From the IMG/VR virus record IMGVR_UViG_3300033562_000144, positions 1 to 31,370 of that record: a stretch of 31,370 nucleotides of DNA; one strand, 5' to 3'. Source of the stretch: a virus (Duplodnaviria > Caudoviricetes). Below, in pieces: positions 1-8,491 of the stretch. Every line of letters starts with the position of its first letter. Positions within the stretch are counted from its first letter, which is position 1. Below the pieces are notes generated by a model, which was not told the origin of the DNA, did not search any database, and was given only the letters and a program-made list of their open reading frames with translations. Position numbers and translations under genes: made by a program.

Positions 1-5
1 ACATT

Positions 6-22
6 TGACTACATTGTAGTTG
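6..22. repeat. YRACTAC-N3-GTAGTYR copy 1 (upstream of SSB)
   Basis: TGACTACATTGTAGTTG. Confidence 0.9.
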
Positions 23-51
23 AAAAAACATTAATCAAAAGGAAAAAACAC

Positions 52-753
52 ATGAACTCATTAGAGATTAAAGCAAAGCGATTGGAAACCGATGCAAACC
101 AAGTACGTATTGTAGTCGCAGGAAGAGCTTCTTACTGCTACGTGCTGGAGCCTACTCCTGATGATAAGGACAAGCCTGAAGGTAACAAGAGCTACAAGAC
201 CGCTGTTCTTATTCCGAAGGATGCACCGAAAGCAGTCATGGCTGTGCTCGTTCAAGGGATTAAGGACGCCATCGAGATAGGGATCAAGAAAAAGTGGGGC
301 GGAAAACGTCCGTCTGAACTTGATCTTCCTATCAAGGATGGTGACAAGAAGGCGCATGATGACCCTGATAAGTATTCTGCATACGCTGGTAATCATCACT
401 TTACTGCCAAGAGAATGGAAGCCCACAAAAGGCCAAGACTCAAGGCGCATGGTAAAGAGGTTGAAGAATCAGGTATCATCGAGTCAGGTGACTGGTGTGT
501 ATTCGACATTAACTTCTACCCATTCAGCAACAAGAACAAAGGTATAGCTTGCGCTCTGAATGGCATTACTCTTATCAAAGAAGGCGAGCGTTTCGGTGGT
601 GGCCCCTCCAAGGACAGCATCGACTCAGCGGCTAACGATCTGTATGGCGCTATGCTTTCTGAAGGGCTGAGTGATAATGCAGCCGATGATCTTCTCAGCG
701 TATTCGGCGGTGGGGACAAGTCGAACGATGACCTCATGTCTCTGTTAGGTTAA
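52..753 (+). CDS. Single-stranded DNA-binding protein, DUF2815/APSE-type
   Basis: Y..TAVLIPK, LPIKDGD, YAGNHHFTAK, INFYPFSNKNKGIACALNGITLIKEGERFGG motifs; acidic C-terminal tail; directly upstream of PolA; AAGGA RBS. Confidence 0.85.
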   Translation: MNSLEIKAKRLETDANQVRIVVAGRASYCYVLEPTPDDKDKPEGNKSYKTAVLIPKDAPKAVMAVLVQGIKDAIEIGIKKKWGGKRPSELDLPIKDGDKKAHDDPDKYSAYAGNHHFTAKRMEAHKRPRLKAHGKEVEESGIIESGDWCVFDINFYPFSNKNKGIACALNGITLIKEGERFGGGPSKDSIDSAANDLYGAMLSEGLSDNAADDLLSVFGGGDKSNDDLMSLLG

Positions 754-760
754 TTTCTAC

Positions 761-784
761 GCCCTCCTCAGAAATGGGGAGGGC
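761..784 (+). terminator. GC-rich stem-loop (terminator-like, no U tract)
   Basis: GCCCTCCTCA-GAAA-TGGGGAGGGC: 10-bp stem (one G-U) with a GNRA loop just after the SSB stop. Confidence 0.55.
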
Positions 785-800
785 AACTACAAGGTAGTCA
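784..800. repeat. Palindrome copy 2 (over PolA RBS)
   Basis: CAACTACAAGGTAGTCA. Confidence 0.9.
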
Positions 801-803
801 AAA

Positions 804-2798
804 ATGAAGATAACTACCGATGATGTATTCCTTGACTTTGAAACGAGGAGCAGAGCGGATCTGACAGAAGTTGGAGCATGGCGATATGCAGAAGATCCTA
901 GTACAGAAATACTGTGCTTGGCCTACACCATAGGATCTGAAGCTCCTCGTATCTGGATGGCGGGAATGCGTAAGCCGGAAGAGCTTATGCGATGGATAAA
1001 ACTTGGAAAGAAAATACACGGATGGAACGCTATGTCTTTTGAGCGCGCCATCTTTGAAGTTATAGCAGGACCGAAGTTGGGGTGGGATACACCCAAGCTC
1101 GAACAGTATTATGACACAATGTCTGACGCTCTTGCTCTTGCTTTACCTGGATCTTTAGAGAAGTGTGGCGAAGCAGTAGGCGCTTCAATAAAGAAGGACA
1201 AGATAGGCAAGGCGCTCATACAAAAACTGTGCAAGCCAATATCGGCAGGTAAAAAGAAAGGGCAGTTCAGAGAACGCGAAGACTTCATAAGAGACTATGC
1301 TCTTCTGTACGATTACTGCAAGACGGATGTGAAAGCAGAGCGAGAGATTTACGCTATGCTTCCATTCGCAGTAGAGGGTATTGAACGGGAGATTATGATC
1401 GAGATAGCTCGGATGAACGAGCGTGGTTTGCCCATAGACATAACAGCAGTAAGAGCGATAGAACGTGGAGTAGAAGAAGAAACAGCAGCTCTGAGAGTTC
1501 GCTTCCACCTGATAACTGGAGTAAGATCCCCTACCGAAAGAGCGCAGTTTCTTAGCTGGCTTCAAGCCAATGGCTTACAGATAGACAACACGCAAAAGGA
1601 AACCTTCAGAGATACTCTTGAAGATATAAAAAATAAACCTGAGTATAGGCATGTAGTAGAAGCACTGCACTTAGCTCAAGCCATAACGAGAACAGCTAAT
1701 GCCAAGTACAAAGCGATTCTCAATTCTATCTGCAATGATGGGACAGTTAAGAACAACCTGATATACCATAAAGCTAATACTGGCCGATTAGCTGGAGCTG
1801 GCTTTCAAGTTCAGAATCTTCCAGCAGAAGGGGAGAAAGAACCAGAGCCTATAATCGAAGCATTTGTTGATGACGACTACAACTTTTTGAGGGCTTGGCG
1901 CGGGGTACTAGAAGCAGCTTCAGGATTAGTAAGATCAGTTATAAAGGCTTTCCCTGGTAAGAAGTTTCTGAATGGGGATCTAAAAGGGATTGAAATGCGC
2001 GGTTCTGCTTGGGCTGCTCGTGAGTGGGACGTTCTCGAACAGCTTGGTAGAGGTGAAGATCCTTATAGGATAACAGCGGCTAAGATGTATGGCACTGTAA
2101 TAGCCTACGTTACAAAAGAGCAAAGGCAAGCGGGGAAGATATGCGTTCTTGCTGGAGGTTTTGGTGGCGCTTATCAGGCTATCTTAAACATGGCTCATAA
2201 GATGGGCATTCACGTTGCAGAAGAAGACGCGAAGAAGCACATAAAAGATTTTCGTAAAGCCAGAAGAAAACTTGTTAGCACATGGTACGCTTTCGGGAAT
2301 GCAGCAGTAGAGGCTATGGAAGATCCAGGCGTTTATAAATACCCGACTACCAATGAGGACGGAGCTGATACAAGGTTCAAGTTCATACTGTATGGACGGT
2401 ACTTGTTCCTTATACTTCCGAGTGGTAGAAAACTTTCATTTCCATTTCCAAAAATACATGAAGAATTTTATAAGGGGTATTTGAGAAAGACTGTAGTTGC
2501 TAAGTGGGTAGACAGCTATACTAAGCAATGGTCTGATCGTTTTATAACAGGGCCAAGCTTCTTTCAGTCAGCGGTTCAAGGTCTTTGCAGGGACTTGTTA
2601 ATGGAAGCGCATTTGAGAACAGCTAAAGCTGGGCTTGATCTTGTTCTGAGTGTACACGATGAACAGCAGAGCCAAGTTCCTGACGATGCGAGATACACTG
2701 TAAAGATGTACGAAGAGCTTATGTGCGTTGTACCTAAATGGGCTTACAGATTTCCTCTCGACGCTGATTGCTGGGAGGGCTACAGGTTCAAAAAATAA
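804..2798 (+). CDS. Phage DNA polymerase, family A (3'-5' exonuclease + polymerase)
   Basis: ExoI DFETRS, ExoIII YCKTDV, TGRLAG, motif A DLKGIEMR, motif B RQAGKICVLAGGFG, motif C VHDE. Confidence 0.95.
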   Translation: MKITTDDVFLDFETRSRADLTEVGAWRYAEDPSTEILCLAYTIGSEAPRIWMAGMRKPEELMRWIKLGKKIHGWNAMSFERAIFEVIAGPKLGWDTPKLEQYYDTMSDALALALPGSLEKCGEAVGASIKKDKIGKALIQKLCKPISAGKKKGQFREREDFIRDYALLYDYCKTDVKAEREIYAMLPFAVEGIEREIMIEIARMNERGLPIDITAVRAIERGVEEETAALRVRFHLITGVRSPTERAQFLSWLQANGLQIDNTQKETFRDTLEDIKNKPEYRHVVEALHLAQAITRTANAKYKAILNSICNDGTVKNNLIYHKANTGRLAGAGFQVQNLPAEGEKEPEPIIEAFVDDDYNFLRAWRGVLEAASGLVRSVIKAFPGKKFLNGDLKGIEMRGSAWAAREWDVLEQLGRGEDPYRITAAKMYGTVIAYVTKEQRQAGKICVLAGGFGGAYQAILNMAHKMGIHVAEEDAKKHIKDFRKARRKLVSTWYAFGNAAVEAMEDPGVYKYPTTNEDGADTRFKFILYGRYLFLILPSGRKLSFPFPKIHEEFYKGYLRKTVVAKWVDSYTKQWSDRFITGPSFFQSAVQGLCRDLLMEAHLRTAKAGLDLVLSVHDEQQSQVPDDARYTVKMYEELMCVVPKWAYRFPLDADCWEGYRFKK

Positions 2799-2812
2799 CT
2801 ACGAGGTAGTTG
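2796..2812. repeat. Palindrome copy 3 (PolA stop / next RBS)
   Basis: TAACTACGAGGTAGTTG. Confidence 0.9.
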
Positions 2813-2815
2813 AAA

Positions 2816-3022
2816 ATGAAAAGGATATTTGCTATCGAGGGTAACTATGTAGAAGGATCGTTCCGTATAGTGCACATGACAGATAGAGCTTATCTCCTTG
2901 ACTATGGAGACGGTCAAGCCTGGGTTCCTAGAAGTCAGGTTCTTGATGTAACTGATAACCAGGACGGAACATCAACAGTAACAATGCCAGAATGGCTGGC
3001 AATTGATAAGGGGCTAGTATGA
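2816..3022 (+). CDS. Small hypothetical phage protein
   Basis: ATG at 2816 after GAGGT RBS; AYL..G...WVPRSQ...V.MPEWLA..KGL pattern of small phage proteins; ATGA overlap with next gene. Confidence 0.75.
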   Translation: MKRIFAIEGNYVEGSFRIVHMTDRAYLLDYGDGQAWVPRSQVLDVTDNQDGTSTVTMPEWLAIDKGLV

Positions 3023-3237
3023 AAGTTATACTCGAAATACAAGGGTGGAAAAAGGAGATAGAAATATCTAATCCGCATGTAGGTGCAATAGACTTTCCGT
3101 TTCTACTTACTCCTGAAACAAAGCTGCTTAATGATAACGGTGCTATTCCGAAAGATGAACGTTATTATGTTTACAAATTCCGTTTCAGAGGAAAAGTAGA
3201 CTCAAGAGGAATACGAATTTATGAGGAGGGGATATGA
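3019..3237 (+). CDS. Hypothetical protein
   Basis: ATGA overlaps at both ends in a tightly packed operon. Confidence 0.7.
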   Translation: MKVILEIQGWKKEIEISNPHVGAIDFPFLLTPETKLLNDNGAIPKDERYYVYKFRFRGKVDSRGIRIYEEGI

Positions 3238-3458
3238 AACCAGAAGAAAGAGCAGAGCTTGAACGGGTGCGATACAGTATAGACGACATGCTAGATCGTA
3301 TAGACTGGAGAGTTTTTAAAACAAGAGGCACAATACAGAAATCGCTTGAGCTTCAGTCATTGATAATAAACGCGAAGAGAAAAGCTTTAGCTATGCTACT
3401 TGAGGATGACAATGCCATTCAAGAACTTACCGCCACCGATAAAGCAGAAGAAGAATAG
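3234..3458 (+). CDS. Hypothetical protein (helical)
   Basis: GAGGAGG RBS, ATGA overlap. Confidence 0.7.
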   Translation: MKPEERAELERVRYSIDDMLDRIDWRVFKTRGTIQKSLELQSLIINAKRKALAMLLEDDNAIQELTATDKAEEE

Positions 3459-3807
3459 GACAGGACGCTACCTTCTTGAAAAGGACATAGAGGCTTATGG
3501 AGCTAAGGTATTCAAGAAGCTAAAGTGGACTTTTGAAAAGTACACGAGTCCTGAAAGACGATCTGTACCTGATAGGCTTTGCGCTGCTCCAGATTTCCCA
3601 TCAGCTTTCGTGTTCTTCATAGAGTTTAAGAAGCCTGGAGAAATAGCCACAACGAACCAGCAGATAGACCATGCTGAAAGAAGAGAACTTGGCGTAGTTG
3701 TGTTTGTTGTAGACTGCTTCGGGCAACTTGACATGGTAGTTGACATTGTTAAATGGATACTTGCAAATGGCTTAATACCAGAACTTCCACCGTACTTAAT
3801 GAAATGA
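3412..3807 (+). CDS. VRR-NUC domain nuclease (PD-(D/E)XK)
   Basis: EKDIE...VPDRL...FIEFKKPG...Q motif; upstream of SNF2 helicase; ATG at 3412 after GAGGA. Confidence 0.85.
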   Translation: MPFKNLPPPIKQKKNRTGRYLLEKDIEAYGAKVFKKLKWTFEKYTSPERRSVPDRLCAAPDFPSAFVFFIEFKKPGEIATTNQQIDHAERRELGVVVFVVDCFGQLDMVVDIVKWILANGLIPELPPYLMK

Positions 3808-5207
3808 AATTCTTACCGATGAAGAAGCAGGAAGAGGCTATCAAGTTCATGCTGAAGACCCCAAGATCGGGGGCTTTCATGCGCATGGGTACAGGGAAAA
3901 CCGTATCCTGCTTGACAGTGATAGACCTTCTTATGTATGAAATGACCATGATGCGAAGGGTAATACTGTTCGCGCCTTTGCGTGTAGCTGAAATAACTTG
4001 GCTAGACGAAATAAGAAAATGGGATCATACCAAGCATCTTACATACGCCTTCATACATGGTAAGAGTAAGAAGGAAGACCTTATAGCTGCAAGGGACTGC
4101 GACATACTTGCTATAAACTTTGAAGGAGCTAAGTGGCTATACGATCATAGAGATTTATTCTGTCACTTTGATGCTATGATCGTAGACGAATCAACATGGA
4201 TAAAGAACCATGCTGCTATAAGGACTGACATAATCCATAAGCTTGGAAGGTTCATACCCAGGATAACAATACTATCAGGCTCTCCTGCTCCTAATTCTTT
4301 AGAGGATCTATGGTCGCAGATATACCTCCTCGATAGGGGCAAGCGGTTAGGTCAGAATATAACTGAATACAGAAGGCGGTACTTCTTCAAAGACGATCAC
4401 CGGCATGGCTACTTCCTGAAGAAAGGTGCGAAGAAAGAGATAGTGGACTCGATAGCAGACCTTGTTATAGTAGTAGACCAGAAGGACCAGGAAGGAATAC
4501 CGATAGTACATAATAACTTGATAAAGTTTGCATTACCTGAGAAACTGAAGAAGCAATACGATGAACTTGAAGAGGACTTGTTCACGACTATTGACTCAGG
4601 GTACAGCATACACGCTCTTAATCAACAGGCTAAAGCGCAGAAGCTACGGCAATTCATATCCGGGTTCGTCTATAAATCTGACTACACGGTAGTTAAAATA
4701 CACGAAGAGCGGTTGAAGGTTCTTGCAGAATTGATTCAGTCTCTAAGCGGTAACAACGTACTTGTTGCTATACAGTTCAGAGAAGAAGTGAACATGATAC
4801 AAGACTACCTGAAACGACACTTACGAATGCGGGATGTACCATTCATAAACTCAGAGTCTAAGAAGAGCGATGACACAAAGAACATAAGGCTATGGCAGGA
4901 AGGAAAGCTTCCAGTGTTCTTAGCGCATCCTGGGTCTATAGCGCATGGGCTTAATCTACAGGCCGGTGGATCTGATATAATTTGGTACAGCTTAACATGG
5001 TCATTGGAGGAGTGGGAACAGTATATAGCAAGGCTTGCAAGGATGGGCCAACTATCAGCTAAAGTTATTAACCACGTTTTAACAATGATAGGGACAATTG
5101 ACATACCTATCTTTTCGGCAATAAATAGGAAGGACGCTACGCAACAAAGTCTTATGACTGATCTTAAAGAATGGAGGGAGAATAAGAAAAGTGGCAAGAG
5201 ATTATAA
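3804..5207 (+). CDS. SNF2/DEAD-like helicase
   Basis: MGTGKT, IVDEST, LSGSP, HGLNLQ, QYIARLARMGQ; true start likely the ATG at 3804 overlapping the VRR-NUC stop. Confidence 0.93.
   Translation: MKFLPMKKQEEAIKFMLKTPRSGAFMRMGTGKTVSCLTVIDLLMYEMTMMRRVILFAPLRVAEITWLDEIRKWDHTKHLTYAFIHGKSKKEDLIAARDCDILAINFEGAKWLYDHRDLFCHFDAMIVDESTWIKNHAAIRTDIIHKLGRFIPRITILSGSPAPNSLEDLWSQIYLLDRGKRLGQNITEYRRRYFFKDDHRHGYFLKKGAKKEIVDSIADLVIVVDQKDQEGIPIVHNNLIKFALPEKLKKQYDELEEDLFTTIDSGYSIHALNQQAKAQKLRQFISGFVYKSDYTVVKIHEERLKVLAELIQSLSGNNVLVAIQFREEVNMIQDYLKRHLRMRDVPFINSESKKSDDTKNIRLWQEGKLPVFLAHPGSIAHGLNLQAGGSDIIWYSLTWSLEEWEQYIARLARMGQLSAKVINHVLTMIGTIDIPIFSAINRKDATQQSLMTDLKEWRENKKSGKRL
4679..4695. repeat. Palindrome copy 4 (inside helicase)
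   Basis: TGACTACACGGTAGTTA. Confidence 0.9.
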
Positions 5208-5421
5208 GAAGGAAAAAGAGGCAAGGGAGAGTTACAACTACTGCAAGGAATGCAGCAAGAGGGTTATGAAAGCCGAACTTATCATAGTAGAGGGAATTAT
5301 CTACCATGATAAATGCTGGAATAAACTCGATGCCATAGCCAGTAAGAAGAAAGCCTTGCAGTCTGGTAGAGACAACGATGAGTACATAGCAAGGCTTAGA
5401 AAGCAAAGGGGGTTAAAATGA
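5191..5421 (+). CDS. Small Zn-finger-like protein
   Basis: CKEC-x16-HDKC (LIM-like half finger); GTG start; ATGA overlap downstream. Confidence 0.6.
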   Translation: MARDYKKEKEARESYNYCKECSKRVMKAELIIVEGIIYHDKCWNKLDAIASKKKALQSGRDNDEYIARLRKQRGLK

Positions 5422-5948
5422 GCGATAAGGATGTTGAACGAGATGAACTACTAAGGATAGCTGAAACGCTTAGAACCGATAAGATACTTACCTGTGAAAG
5501 ATGCGGGTGGGAGTTACTAAAAGATGGTCGGTGCTTGAATCGTTTTTGCTTTTCTGATGAGCATACCGTAAACACAAAAGTGCAGATGCCGAGAAGTGTA
5601 AGTACATTAGAAGAGGTGAAGGGGTTTATGAAAGCTAAAGGCATGAAGAAAGATGAAGGGAAACAGAAATGGCACGCTCTTCCTCTAGCCCTCCTTGAGC
5701 CTCTTGCAGACTGCTTGAACGCCGGGGTTAAGAAGTACGCAAAGTTTAACTGCCTTCAGCCTTTCGATGACCCTGATGAAAGGTTTTATGATGGAGTAAT
5801 GAGGCACCTAGAAGAATGTCAGCTTGACCCTCTTGCAATTGACGAGGAGACAGGCTGCTACCACGCAGCACAGATTGCTTTCAATACTCTTATGAGACTG
5901 TACCATTGCAAGAAAATCATAGAGGATAAAGGGTACGAACATGGATGA
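5418..5948 (+). CDS. N-terminal Zn ribbon + dATP/dGTP diphosphohydrolase-like (DUF5664) domain
   Basis: CERC...C...C, then KKDEGK..W..LP...G.KKY..N...YDGVMRHL...DEETG..H...AFN.LM. Confidence 0.8.
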   Translation: MSDKDVERDELLRIAETLRTDKILTCERCGWELLKDGRCLNRFCFSDEHTVNTKVQMPRSVSTLEEVKGFMKAKGMKKDEGKQKWHALPLALLEPLADCLNAGVKKYAKFNCLQPFDDPDERFYDGVMRHLEECQLDPLAIDEETGCYHAAQIAFNTLMRLYHCKKIIEDKGYEHG

Positions 5949-6222
5949 AAAAACCCAGTTGGAGCTATGGTGTAAAGGAATAAATGTTCACGATGAAGAG
6001 AACGGAAGATGCTGTCCTGACTTTGCTTGCTGTCAAAAGGACGAAAAGTTCCACTTCAGCATAGAAAAGCGGGAGATGTTCAAGGCCGCTTTTGAAACTG
6101 GAGTTGAAGTAGTATGCTCAGAGATGATTTTTGAAGCTATGGGGCTACTTCTAAAGGCTACGCTACGTGACAGCTCTTGCGTTCACATCATACTTGAGAA
6201 TCAGAAGCAAGTTATAAACTGA
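5941..6222 (+). CDS. Cys-rich hypothetical phage protein
   Basis: W..G..VH....RCCPDFACC motif; overlaps the upstream stop. Confidence 0.7.
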   Translation: MDEKTQLELWCKGINVHDEENGRCCPDFACCQKDEKFHFSIEKREMFKAAFETGVEVVCSEMIFEAMGLLLKATLRDSSCVHIILENQKQVIN

Positions 6223-6236
6223 CTACAGTGTAGTTA
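6220..6236. repeat. Palindrome copy 5 (gene junction)
   Basis: TGACTACAGTGTAGTTA. Confidence 0.9.
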
Positions 6237-6249
6237 AAAAGGAGAGGGT

Positions 6250-6516
6250 ATGCACACATGCCATTACATGCGGTTCGACGAGCACGGCCAAGTGGTTACT
6301 GATATCATCAAGGACGGCGTTAGGGTAGACACCGAACTAGCTGACGATGTATCAGCAGAGAACTACAAGGCTGCAAAAGCTAGGGTAAGCCAGCTCTGGC
6401 ATAAGCCTACTCAGGACGAGCTGAAGAGGTTAGCAAAGCTGGCAGAGGAAGAGAACGCAAGAGATACAAGCGCCAATAAGATGAAGTATGAAATGCTTAA
6501 ACTCATAAGGAGGTAA
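6250..6516 (+). CDS. Hypothetical protein
   Basis: AAGGAG RBS; fills the gap between neighbours. Confidence 0.7.
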   Translation: MHTCHYMRFDEHGQVVTDIIKDGVRVDTELADDVSAENYKAAKARVSQLWHKPTQDELKRLAKLAEEENARDTSANKMKYEMLKLIRR

Positions 6517-6519
6517 AAA

Positions 6520-6939
6520 ATGATTAGTTCACAAGACATTCGATCTGGCATCTTCTGGCTTATACTGACGGTATTCCTTGAGGCGAGGGACCAGAAGCCA
6601 GTAGGCCAGAAGGCAGTAACGAAGGTTATCCTTAACCGCTGCAACAACAAGGAGAAGCCGGTGCATGAAATAGTTCTTGCGCCGATGCAGTTCTCCTGTT
6701 TCAACGAGGGCTGGACAAAATCGCTTATGACAGCAGCGAAGGAGGCTAAGGAGATAGGCAAGGTAACTCTTAACGTCCTTGATGCAATGGCCGAATGGGA
6801 AGATGGAGCGAACCTAAGTGGGGCTACACATTACTTCAACCCTCGGCTCGTACCTGGGCGATGGCCTAAGTCGTGGGATCGTAAGAAGATGGTAGAGGTC
6901 GGAGAAGTTGACGATCATTCATTTTATAGGGAGGTGTAG
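6520..6939 (+). CDS. Cell wall hydrolase, SleB/Hydrolase_2 family (candidate endolysin)
   Basis: EARDQ...AV..VILNR...QFSCFN...GATHYFNP...W...HSFY; AGGAGG RBS. Confidence 0.9.
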   Translation: MISSQDIRSGIFWLILTVFLEARDQKPVGQKAVTKVILNRCNNKEKPVHEIVLAPMQFSCFNEGWTKSLMTAAKEAKEIGKVTLNVLDAMAEWEDGANLSGATHYFNPRLVPGRWPKSWDRKKMVEVGEVDDHSFYREV

Positions 6940-6941
6940 TT

Positions 6942-7154
6942 ATGAACGAATGGATGCTATACAGGAGAAAAGGATTTTCTGAAATGCGGCCTTACATACC
7001 TGGAGAAGATATGCAAAAGATAAGCGTATCAGCTCCAGACTCAGAGGCTGGGAGTCCTAAAGTTGGGGACATGATAGCAAGAAACCCTAAGAACCACGAA
7101 GACCAGTGGCTAGTTGCAGAGAAGTATTTCGATGATAATTTAGAGCTTGTTTAA
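6942..7154 (+). CDS. Small hypothetical phage protein
   Basis: GGAGG RBS; GDMIARNPKNH.DQWLV..YF pattern; last gene of the + arm. Confidence 0.75.
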   Translation: MNEWMLYRRKGFSEMRPYIPGEDMQKISVSAPDSEAGSPKVGDMIARNPKNHEDQWLVAEKYFDDNLELV

Positions 7155-7319
7155 TCTGTCATCACGCTTACGCTCTATATCGTCTATGCAGTCTTTGCAA
7201 TATCCGTGACTGACACGAAGGAAAGGACAGACAGGGAGATAAACCCTGTACTGTCCTTTTTCGTCTTTGAACTTCTTACAGACGCAGCACTGAGTAAGTA
7301 GAAGAGGTTCTTGTTTCAT
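7140..7319 (-). CDS. 59-aa CxxC...SHGxCxxC Zn-binding-like protein (absent from the ORF track)
   Basis: Hand translation MKQEPLLLTQCCVCKKFKDEKGQYRVYLPVCPFLRVSHGYCKDCIDDIERKRDDRLNKL; ATGA overlap with the upstream gene stop at 7316-7318. Confidence 0.75.
   Translation of the reverse strand: MKQEPLLLTQCCVCKKFKDEKGQYRVYLPVCPFLRVSHGYCKDCIDDIERKRDDRLNKL
7222..7261 (+). terminator. Intrinsic terminator at the convergence of the two arms
   Basis: AAAGGACAG-ACAGGG-AGATAAA-CCCTGT-A-CTGTCCTTT followed by TT. Confidence 0.7.
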
Positions 7320-7669
7320 TGCTTGTTCATGTCCATAAGGTACTTCATCATGTCTCCGTATCTAGCCATAGCCTCAGCATGTCTAGCGTCATTAGCAATA
7401 TCATTGTGAGCTATTAAAGCCTTTATTTCGTCAAACATCTTAGCCCCTGCGTCGAATTGGAGCTTGTTCCTCTTCTCGCATTCTGACCTACGCATGTCGC
7501 ACTCTATAAGTGTCACCATAGCTGGCCTCTTTTCTACGACCTGAACCCTATCACTAAGGGCTTGGTCGCTCGCTTTGAGTTTTTCATACAGGCGACCTAT
7601 CCCCAAGATCATCATACAGAAGCTGATTATCGCCCCAAGGATAGTCACTTCGTCTTTGTCGATGTTCAT
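7316..7669 (-). CDS. Membrane protein, one N-terminal TM plus coiled coil (holin/lysis-associated candidate)
   Basis: Hydrophobic VTILGAIISFCMMILGIG; ATGA overlaps at both ends. Confidence 0.6.
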   Translation of the reverse strand: MNIDKDEVTILGAIISFCMMILGIGRLYEKLKASDQALSDRVQVVEKRPAMVTLIECDMRRSECEKRNKLQFDAGAKMFDEIKALIAHNDIANDARHAEAMARYGDMMKYLMDMNKQ

Positions 7670-7914
7670 AAACCTACCTTTTTCGAGGACGCATAGGTTA
7701 TGTAGCTGTTTACAGCGATTATGATACCAACTATAGCTGACACAAAAAGAGACATTATGTCATCTGGTAGCTGATACCCTGCCGGAAGATACTTTAACAC
7801 CAAAGCGATAATGCCCCCAATTATATTAGTGAGAACCTGTGCATTTTTCCAGGCCGCTGGGTTCTCTAGTTCTTCACCCATCTTGAGAGCTTTCAACAAA
7901 TCAAGTAGCATCAT
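7666..7914 (-). CDS. Holin-like two-TM protein
   Basis: Two hydrophobic helices, basic C-terminus SSKKVGL; GGAGG RBS before ATG-ATG at 7914/7911. Confidence 0.65.
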   Translation of the reverse strand: MMLLDLLKALKMGEELENPAAWKNAQVLTNIIGGIIALVLKYLPAGYQLPDDIMSLFVSAIVGIIIAVNSYITYASSKKVGL

Positions 7915-7938
7915 GCTAACCTCCAATAGAAATATTTT

Positions 7939-7955
7939 TAACTACTCGGTAGTTG
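7939..7955. repeat. Palindrome copy 6 (upstream of holin-like gene)
   Basis: TAACTACTCGGTAGTTG. Confidence 0.9.
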
Positions 7956-7957
7956 GT

Positions 7958-8491
7958 TTATTGCACCAGTATCACTTCTGGCCGGACGGTATAAGGCTCA
8001 GCCGTTTGAGGATTGTAATTACCATAATACTGAGGAGCTGACCTGTTCTGCGCATTCTTTAGCAAATCAACACCTTGAGTTATTCCTGTCCACCATAGAA
8101 GAGCGTTGAACCCTTTGTCAATAAAGTTGTTGGCAGTAGCCCAACCTGGATGAATAGAAGGACCAGGAGGAAGAGGATCGTTGAACTTAGGCGCTTCTCT
8201 AAACGAAACCTTTTTCATAAGCTGAACAAAGACGCCTGGAGATATTTCTTTCATCTCGAACTCTACGCTGAATCCTGATTGGGCATACATGCTCTTATAA
8301 GCTTTATCCCGTACCTCGTGCGCCTTGAAGAACAAAGCCTCCTTCTGAACTGACGTATCAGTTATATCCCCTGATAAAGCAGTAACAGTTTCGTCCGAGA
8401 TTGGAAGTTTAGTTATATTCATAACACCGCCATCAGCGCAACCGCTAAGCAGTATCAGAACCGATAATAATATAAGGTTTGATCGAATCAT
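7958..8491 (-). CDS. Lipoprotein (spanin-like or other envelope role)
   Basis: Signal peptide with lipobox LSGC; AAGGAG RBS. Confidence 0.75.
   Translation of the reverse strand: MIRSNLILLSVLILLSGCADGGVMNITKLPISDETVTALSGDITDTSVQKEALFFKAHEVRDKAYKSMYAQSGFSVEFEMKEISPGVFVQLMKKVSFREAPKFNDPLPPGPSIHPGWATANNFIDKGFNALLWWTGITQGVDLLKNAQNRSAPQYYGNYNPQTAEPYTVRPEVILVQ

Noticed and set aside
804-5948. Z-genome (2-aminoadenine) system
   Set aside because: Only a DUF5664-like domain is present; no PurZ or DatZ in the window, so it cannot be claimed
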